Assembly: GCA_965240325.2 (NCBI GenBank)
Contig: OZ251241.1
Coordinates: 744,001-808,000, forward strand
Direction: 5' to 3'
Length of the DNA stretch: 64,000 bases
From: Rebecca billardiae RCC1528
Lineage: Eukaryota; Protista; Haptophyta
Below the pieces are notes generated by a model that had not been told where the DNA came from, made no database searches, and worked only from the letters and a program-made list of their open reading frames with translations. The number at the start of each line of letters is the position of its first letter. The stretch's first letter is position 1. The position numbers were made by a program, and so were the translations under genes. Shown in pieces: positions 56,355-64,000 of the stretch.

Positions 56355-57300
56355 TCACCGCCGCCGTGCTGCTGCAGCTGCCGGCAGCGCGCGCTGCCGG
56401 ACAAGGTCAAGGGCCGCGCCTCGGCGCGCGGCCGGCTGCGCCAACGGCCGCCGCGTCGGCGCAGGCGGCGGCAGCAGCGCCGTCGCGTTCGCGCCGCCGC
56501 CGTACCCGTGTTTACTGACGAGCGCGTCGTACATAGGCGAGTAGAAGGTGGCGTCGTAGAAGGCGGGAGAGTAGCACAGGTGGAGGCAGTCGCAGCACCG
56601 CCGGATCGGCCGGAGCGACGCGAGCGCGCGCCGGCGCCGCGGCGCGCCGCTCGGCACCGGCTTGCCGCCGACGCGCTTGAGGCGGTACGAACACATGTCC
56701 CCCTTGTGCATGTTGTACCGCAGCAGCGAGGCGTTGTAGAAGGGGACGAGGTGCACGCGCGGGTGCTTGGCCGCGTGCCGGTGCAGGATCGCCGTCGCCG
56801 CCCAGTTCTTGTTGTGGTGCGCCCACGCCTCATCCGAGCGCCAACACTTGCACACTTTCGGGCCGGCGCCGGCGCCGGCGCCGCCCGCCGTGCCGTTCGC
56901 CCCAGGCGCGGGCGCGGGCGGCGTGGCGTACTCGCCGCCGGCGAAGTGTAGCGACGAGGGCTCGCGCACGAACGCCGCCTTCGCCGGATCGCCCGCGTGC
57001 CGCGATAGCCACCTGTCGATCTCAATCAGCATGTACGCCATGTCGATCTCCCACTCGGCGAGATTGACGAGCGTGCCGCCATAGTGTTGAGGGTCGAACG
57101 CAGCGAGGACGAGGTCGTAGCGGTCGAGCCGCGCGCCGAACGCCGTGCCGTTCGCCACGCACCGGTCCTTCCGCGCGTACCGGTCGCACGTGAGGAAGCT
57201 CGGCCGGCTCACGTTGCGCGCCGCGCACGCGCGCTGCGCCGCCTCCCAGCCACAGCCGCCGCTCGCGTCCGCTGCGGGCGGCGGTGGACGCAAGCGCGCG

Positions 57301-57333
<33 letters not shown>

Positions 57334-58046
57334 GGCGTGCGTGGGCGTGAGCAGGACGGCCCGAGCGTGGCGGCATGCGCGCGCGAGGCCACAGCGAAGC
57401 ACGGCCGCGCCGCGCGCGTGCGCCAAAAACGCATCGCGCACGCCCGCGCCGCGCGCGCGCGTGCGAAACGCGCACGCACGCGAGCGCGCGCGCGCGCCGT
57501 CACACACACACCGTACTTGTTGGCCCAGGCCACGTGGACCTGCTTCCGCCTGGCGGTGAATTCCTCGGCCGAGCCCGATCCGGCGAGCGCGCACAGCGTC
57601 GCGTCGTGAAACTGCCGCGCGGTCGACGCGCCAACGACGAGCATCTTCCTGTCAGGCCCCAGCAGGGCAAGGATGTCCGCCATTGTGTGCGTGCGCCCGT
57701 CTCCGGGGCGGCGGTTGAGCGGGACGTACGGCTCGATCGTCGGCCAGTCGGCGTAGCTGTGCCGCCGCGCACACATTGCGTAGTCGCGTGGGCCGCCGCC
57801 CTCGCCCAGCCAGTTCACGTTCGTCGACGCTCGCGAGTGGAAGTAGGCTTCCGAGATGCACGGCGGCGCATCGCGCGGCGGCTGGCAGTTGACGCGCAGC
57901 CCGTCCCAGCGCGCGACCGAGGCGGCACCGATCTCCGCGTCCGGGTCATGCTCGCACCGCTTGCGCGCCGCGCGCACATGCGCGAGCGAAGGGTAGCGCA
58001 CACCTGCGGCGGCCCACACCGCGACGCACGCCAGCTGCGCCGCCAT
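56355..58046 (-). CDS. TBL/PC-esterase (SGNH-fold) O-acetyltransferase-like secreted protein (intron 57511-57272)
   Basis: Signal-like N-terminus, RKMLVVGASTARQF (GDS-like block), FVREPSSLHF.GGEY, DCLHLCYSP (DxxH). A 240-nt GT-AG intron contains a CT run. Confidence 0.7.
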
Positions 58047-58793
58047 TCTCTCCCCGTCCGGTGTGCAAGAATCTCGAAGTAGACACGTCACAAGCTACAA
58101 CTCATAGATCAACGGGATGAGCCTGGCACCCGGACCGGAAAGTCGTGCTCCGGACCGGTTCCGGATCGGCCACGCCACTGTGAGTGTGACTACTCGAACC
58201 TAAATGGTATTGCTGACGACGCGGACTGTCAGGGCGTCGCCGGCGAAGCCGAGTCCAGGCGGGCCAGACGGGGCCGCAGCCCGCACGACAGCCCGCGGCG
58301 GCGGGACTCGAGTCACGTTGGCGCCGCTGCTGCCGCGAGTCCCGCCTGCGTCTCCGCCGCCAGCGGCGCCCCGGGCTGCCCACGCTGACTTCGATGGCAC
58401 GCGTGGCTGGAAGACAGCGCGAGGCCTGCTCGTGCTCGTCAGCTTCGCCTCGGCGCTGAACGTGTCCGCGAGAATCCACAGCGATGACGCTGAGTCTGCG
58501 CCCGGCCCGCAACTGGGCAGCGTGGCGGCCGGGCGAGAGGCGTCAGTCAGTCAGCAGCCTGTCAAAGCGATTGGTCCACACCGTGCGCACGAGCAGCAAA
58601 TGCGAGGCCGTGTGCGAAGCCCAGCAGCCGCCGCTCGCGCTCGCAGCCGCGGCTGCGTGCGTGCGCGCTCGCCACACGCCAGGAGCTCGCTCGTCACGCG
58701 CCGAGCGCGAGGCGGTGTCCGCGTGCGCGTGCGCGCCTGGCGCCTGCAGCACCTGCGCGGCGGTCGGCGGCGCGACGGGTGCGGCGCGCGCGC

Positions 58794-59095
58794 CTACGGC
58801 CCGCCCCGGCACGACGGCAGGCCATCGGGCAGCCTCTGCATGGCGCTGGCCATGCCGACACCGACCGCGCCGCGTGGCGGGTGGCAGCCCCCGTGCCCGG
58901 GCGGCGCGCCGCAGTCGCCCGGCCCAAGCCGTTCGCCAGCGCCCCTCGCCCCGGCGCCGCCCCCATGCGGGCCGAGCAGGCCCAGCCTGCCGCCGCAGTC
59001 GCCGCCCAAGCCGCCTCGGTCCATCGGCAGCGAGTCGGGCTGCGGCGGTTGCAGCTGCTGCCCGCCGGGGCCGACGCCGTGCTGTCGCCGGCGCT

Positions 59096-59133
<38 letters not shown>

Positions 59134-60104
59134 TGCGCGGCGTGGCCATGCATGCCCGCATGCATCCCCGGCGCGGCGTGCACAGCGCTGTAAGCGCACT
59201 GCGAGTGCTGGTTGAGCATGCTGCCCACGCGCTCCTCGCCGCCGCTGCCGCTGCCGCCGTAGCCGTACGGCGGCACGTGCGCCGCCGGGTGGTACGAGTG
59301 CGGATGCGGCATCATCTGCGCGCCCGCCCCGTACCCGCCGCCGCCGTACATGGGCGGGCCGCACGGCATCGGCGGGCTCTCAGACGCCTCGAGCTTATGC
59401 AAGATCTTCGCGAGCTTGTCATGCAGCTGCACGATGTGGCCCATGAGCTCCTCCTCGAGCTTGAGGATGTACTGGTGCACCTGGTTCAGCTCGCTCAGCA
59501 GGTGCCGCATGTCGCCATCCGACTGGTTCTGCTGCCCGGGCGGCTCCGCCATCTTGTGCTTGGCCACGTGCCCTCGCTTGATGTACTTGAGCTGCGCGCG
59601 GCCGCCGCGCGAGAAGCGCTCGTGGAAGAACTCGATGGCGCGGGTGCCCTTCGTCGGGCCGCGGTAGAAACCGTACATGTTCAGCTGTCGGATGAAGGAG
59701 CGCAGGTTGTTGTGCTTGAAGTAGAGCGGCAGCACGTCGCGCGCAAAACCAGCGGGGTCGACAATCCTCAGCGTGTCGCCCGCCTCGTTCCAGCAGATCT
59801 GGTGATCGAGCGCCTTGGTCGAGACAATCTCGTACAGCTTGAGCAGAAATGGTGCCACCCGGTCGACACCATCCGTGTCTTCTGTCACATCAGACACCTG
59901 GCCCTCGAGCCCCTGGTCGGGGTCCCCTGTGCCATCGCCGCCGAGGCCCGAGTCCTCCGGCCCCTCATCGGCATCGGCGCCGATCCCGTATCCGGGTAGT
60001 TGTGGTATGTGGTCGCTGTCCCCATCGCCCACATGCCCGCCGAGCAGTGCCTGCGGCACGTGTGCCACCTCTTGCGGATGCGGCCAGCCGTCACCCGCAT
60101 CCAT
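58794..60104 (-). CDS. Heat-shock transcription factor (HSF DNA-binding domain + coiled coil)
   Basis: PFLLKLYEIV...ICWNEAG...FARDVLPLYFKHNNLRSFIRQLNMYGF...EFFHERF.RG...L..IKR, then a heptad segment (LLSELNQVHQYILKLEEEL). Start (MDAGDG) and 3' end are uncertain. Confidence 0.92.
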
Positions 60105-63100
60105 TGTCGCGGGAACGTTGCTTTCGTGCTTCCAATCTCCGAAGCTCCTCACCGGCCAGGCTCCAGTCCACGCAAATTCGCCAAACGACGTCCTGGCCGC
60201 GTGCTGGCACGTGATTGGCGCGTCGGGCCCCCCCGCGCTCATCACAAGAGCTTCGCCGCCCTTGACCAAATCGCTGTGAACTCATATTGCGTACTTGCGC
60301 AGACGCATCCATAGGAAGTTAAGATCCGCCATATGAACCGCGCGCATCCATTCGAGCTGAAGAAGGTGAGATTCTACAGATGAGATCATTCTCACCCTCT
60401 CGAGGCTACCTGACTACTAGTACTCGTTGCAACCGAGTGGTATTGAGTCGTATCGTTTGCGGCGCATGGAAGAGTTTTCGCGCGGGCTCGCAGAGGTCGC
60501 ACGAACCAACCTACACTAACCGTCCCGCCACTCACCCGTACGCCTCCCAACGCCTCGGGCACAGCGAGCACGATCCGCAGCCCGGGGGGAATCGCGCCAC
60601 GCCTGCGTGACCACCGACGGCGGCGTACCCGATCTTCGACCACGTGTCGATGAAGTCGCGCCTGCCCCCAAAGGCCACACCCACTGGATTCTCATTCAGC
60701 AGGCACGACTGCGAAGTGCGAGCGCCCCGGCCTGTGCCGTGTGCGCACGAGTTGATGCGCATCCTCAGTACACGCAATGAGATGATGCTGGTCACCACCA
60801 ACCCAGTGCCTGTCGGTGCCAGCTGTGCCAGCGGTCGATAATTCACGCTGTGCGTGAGAACGCGCGGGGAGACAGAGCTCGATGCGCTGAGGGCAAGCAG
60901 CCGGGACCGGGGACACAGCTGGCGTCGGCTCCGCGCTCTCAGTCAGGACCGACTTCGGAGCGCGGGAAGCGATGGGGCGACGTGGATGGCCTGAACGGCA
61001 TGGTATTTGTACGCCTAGTATTCGGAAGACACTGTGTGTTGCGGCATTGATGCATGAAATGCCTTATGAAATCACCGTAGCAGCTGGTCGGGCCCGCGCC
61101 ACTGCGGCGTCGCAGTGCCGCATGATGACGGCCCCGCAGTCCGACCTGGCTGCCGTCGACGAAGTTGATTATGCGAGGCCTAGTTGTCCGACGATGCTCG
61201 GGTTGGGCGCAGGACAGTGAGCGATGGCACTCCATTGCACGCTCAACTGACCCGGTCTACTGCCACCGAGGCAGACGGGAGTGAGTCTTCGGTCGACAAT
61301 AGTTCGTATCAAGTTGAGTGAAGTCTCCGGCGCCTCCCGGGCGGTCGGGCGGACGACACTGACGACGAGCCGCTGCCAGCTAATAATAACGGCCGTGCGC
61401 GGGGCCCGCACTCACTCGGCGCTCGCCTCAGATTTGCTGACACGACACGACCTGCACTTTCAGGAGGCCTATGGACGGCTGAATGGATTGTCCAGCGGTG
61501 CCTGCAATCGGCGACGGCTTCCGACTCCTGCAGCTTCACTCCTGCAGCACGGGTGCCGTCATTGCTGGAGGACGTCTTGCGCGATGCACTCGATGCCCCG
61601 TCGCAACGCCGCATGGTGCTGCGTGTCGATTGGTAGGCCGGCTGCCCGCCTTGCTTGCCTCATGTCTGGGCTGTCGATTTGATTGCGAATCTGCTGCTCG
61701 TCGCTCGGGGATACATTTTACAGAGTCACGCCGGTCGAGGGGACTGCCAAGTGCTGTGGGCGAGGGGATGTGCACCAGTAGCTCGTGCAACGCATGCTGT
61801 GATCAAGCTGCCTGCTAGGCCGAGGCTCCATGGATCAACCCTGTTCATGCATTATCCACAATGACGATAGCAGTCATCACCGCCGCGGAGGCGCGGACCT
61901 GACGCCCCAACGGCTCGGCTACAAGCAAGTGTCGCCGCCGGCTGTATACTGATTGGGTGGGGATCTCGTAGTCACATGCCAGGATGATCACTGCTGCGTC
62001 GTGCTGGTGGCGCTCGCGAAAGTCCTTGCGCGGAGGTGAGACGACTGCGGTGTGAGCTGGCGAAGCAAGGTTGAGGCTCCACACTGGCACACTGCCGAAC
62101 AATGCCGGCAAGGCGGGTGCTTGCCTGCTTCCGGTCTTCGAGTTCGGGCGATGAGATTCTGCTTCGAGCAGAAATACTGCAGACTTATTATCATCATTGG
62201 CGCTTGATGATCCGACCAGGAACCGCTCGGGAGGTCGCCGCTCGACTTGCCGAGCGAACATTCTTTACTCAATTCTGTATCAGTGCCGTAGACAAATAAT
62301 GAGGCGCGGATATGAATTCCGCCTACCGCGCCCAATAACCGTGGAAAAGAAGCCTATGGGGGTACTGTTGCGACGGTCACTGGCAACGGTGACCTGCGCT
62401 TCAAGGTGTTCGTGTCGGGCAACTCCCCTGGGGACGTGGACGGTGCGGCGACCCCACAGGGCGGGGCTGGGCGTCCGAACAGGAGCCGCGGCCCCGCCCC
62501 CAGCGCACCGGCCCGCGGGCCGGCCCCGCCTCGCAAGGGGGGGGCAGCCACGCCAGTCTCTGGTGTGCCTGGTGCTGCGAAGAGGTCCAAGAGTTGGAAG
62601 AAGAAGCACCGCGCGGACGGCTCGCTGAGGCCGGCTGCGGGTACGCGACGGGTCAATCGTGCTGGCAAGGCGCGTGCGGGCCCGACGCCGCAGCTCCCCG
62701 ACTCTGGCCCCTTCCGCGAGCTTGTGCCTTCGGCATCGTCGGAGCCGTCGTCGCGGCCGTCCCGCATGTCTTCGGACAGCCCAGAGGCCGAGGGCGGCCA
62801 TCGCCCTCAGGGTGATGGCGCCCCGGCTGCGGCGTCTGGGCATGCGGGCGCGGCGTCGGCGACGACCGACGAGGTCGTGGGCGCGCTCTTCGCGGGCCCA
62901 CTCGCCCCGATGGGGCGTGAGGCCGCGCCTGGCCCTGCTCACAAGGTGTATGTGTTCGAGGCAGGCAAAGGCTCTGTGCCGCAACCGGGGTAGGTGGGCA
63001 GCCAGGGGCTGGCGGCAACCGAGAGGGGCCGCTTTCCCCCGCCCCCGCTGCTTGCGAAGGCGGCGGGGGTGCGCTGCTTGCCTCCGCGGGCGAGCAGCGC

Positions 63101-63412
63101 GCAGTTTACGCCGGGCATGTGGACCTGCCCACCCTTCATCTTCCAGTTCTTCCCTTCGGCTGGGGCTCGATCAGTCGACGCGGCGTCGCTCACAGCGCAG
63201 GCAGGTGTTTGGCGTGGCTGCACTCTCGAGGTGGCTGGGATACAACATCCAGGTGCAGCACCCTCCCCGTGTGGTGTCAGAGCGCGCTCTCGAGCGCGTG
63301 CCTCCGAGCGCGGGGCGGCCGCTTGCTGCAATGGCCGCCTCGATGAGGTGCGGCAACGCGCCCCTCACCTGCCTGCGCCGGTCTGTTTTGTGGCGGTGTC
63401 TTTGTGCAGTGT

Positions 63413-63462
63413 TGGATGGCGTTAATCACGCCTTAACCAAGTGTGCACGTTAAATCATAGTA
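63413..63462 (-). repeat. 50-bp element, copy B of the long-range inverted repeat pair (partner 3336-3385)
   Basis: TGGATGGCGTTAATCACGCCTTAACCAAGTGTGCACGTTAAATCATAGTA; its reverse complement equals copy A except at 2 positions. Confidence 0.9.
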
Positions 63463-64000
63463 ATAAACTGTATATCGGACCCGGGATGCCTGGACCACTG
63501 GCCGAGTGGCCGGGACATCGGCCGGTCGTCGTTCCTCTTCGCAGCGCGCAGTCGAGAAACGCCTGGAGCGCAAGGCAGCGCGCCTGACATCTACCGCTGC
63601 ACCTGCGCCAGCCCTTGCTGCTGCCCCCCACGCAGACCGACACTCGCCTGAAGGAGTGAAGTCGGGTGGTCAGACTTGGGCGACAGCGAAGCGTTCCCCG
63701 CCGGCCGCAGCAGCGCATGCCGCCGCCAGCCAGCCAAATACCGCGCGACAAGCGCGCGCGCGGTCGAGCAGGGCACATGGGGACGGCTGGACGAGCTAGC
63801 TAAGAGCCCAAGACGGCCATCAGTCAGACATATCCTGAGTCCTGCTGCACGCTCGCGGCCTCGCCTAGGGATTGGGCACTGCAGGGACTCCACTTTGCGA
63901 GCTGCGCAGGGCAGGTGGACCGCTCATGCGACTCGGTCGCGGATCGGGTCGCGCTCTGCCACCAACCTCGGCTTGTCGACGATCGAGCACTGCCGCCGAT

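Overview
Very GC-rich eukaryotic nuclear DNA with short GC-rich introns (GTGCGC...GCAG, one apparent GC-AG). The style suggests a haptophyte, probably Pavlovales/Diacronema-like; this is inference from sequence style only. I can support 12 protein genes: a villin-like protein (5'-partial), a glycosyltransferase + 2x sulfotransferase-like fusion, a Sel1-like membrane protein, a 2OG-Fe(II) oxygenase, an exostosin/GT47-like protein, a PHT4/SLC17-like MFS transporter, a giant (~7,590 aa after splicing) polycystin-1-like membrane protein, a small plastid-type conserved protein, an AAAP amino-acid transporter, an Sfi1-like centrin-binding repeat protein, a TBL/SGNH O-acetyltransferase-like protein and an HSF transcription factor. 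Highlights: (1) the giant receptor carries a ~4,160-residue (Ser-Pro3)n rod with hidden 195- and 228-nt higher-order repeats, followed by nine Cys-containing beta modules, IPT/TIG, REJ, EGF, GPS and only five TM helices; (2) two nested non-autonomous DNA transposons share C(A/G)AGGG ends and 7-bp target-site duplications; (3) a third TIR element has a duplicated (L-body)2(R)2 structure; (4) a 50-bp near-perfect inverted repeat pair 60 kb apart brackets almost the whole window. Most other ORFs in the six-frame track are shadows of extreme GC content. Domain calls come from motif recognition by eye, not database searches.
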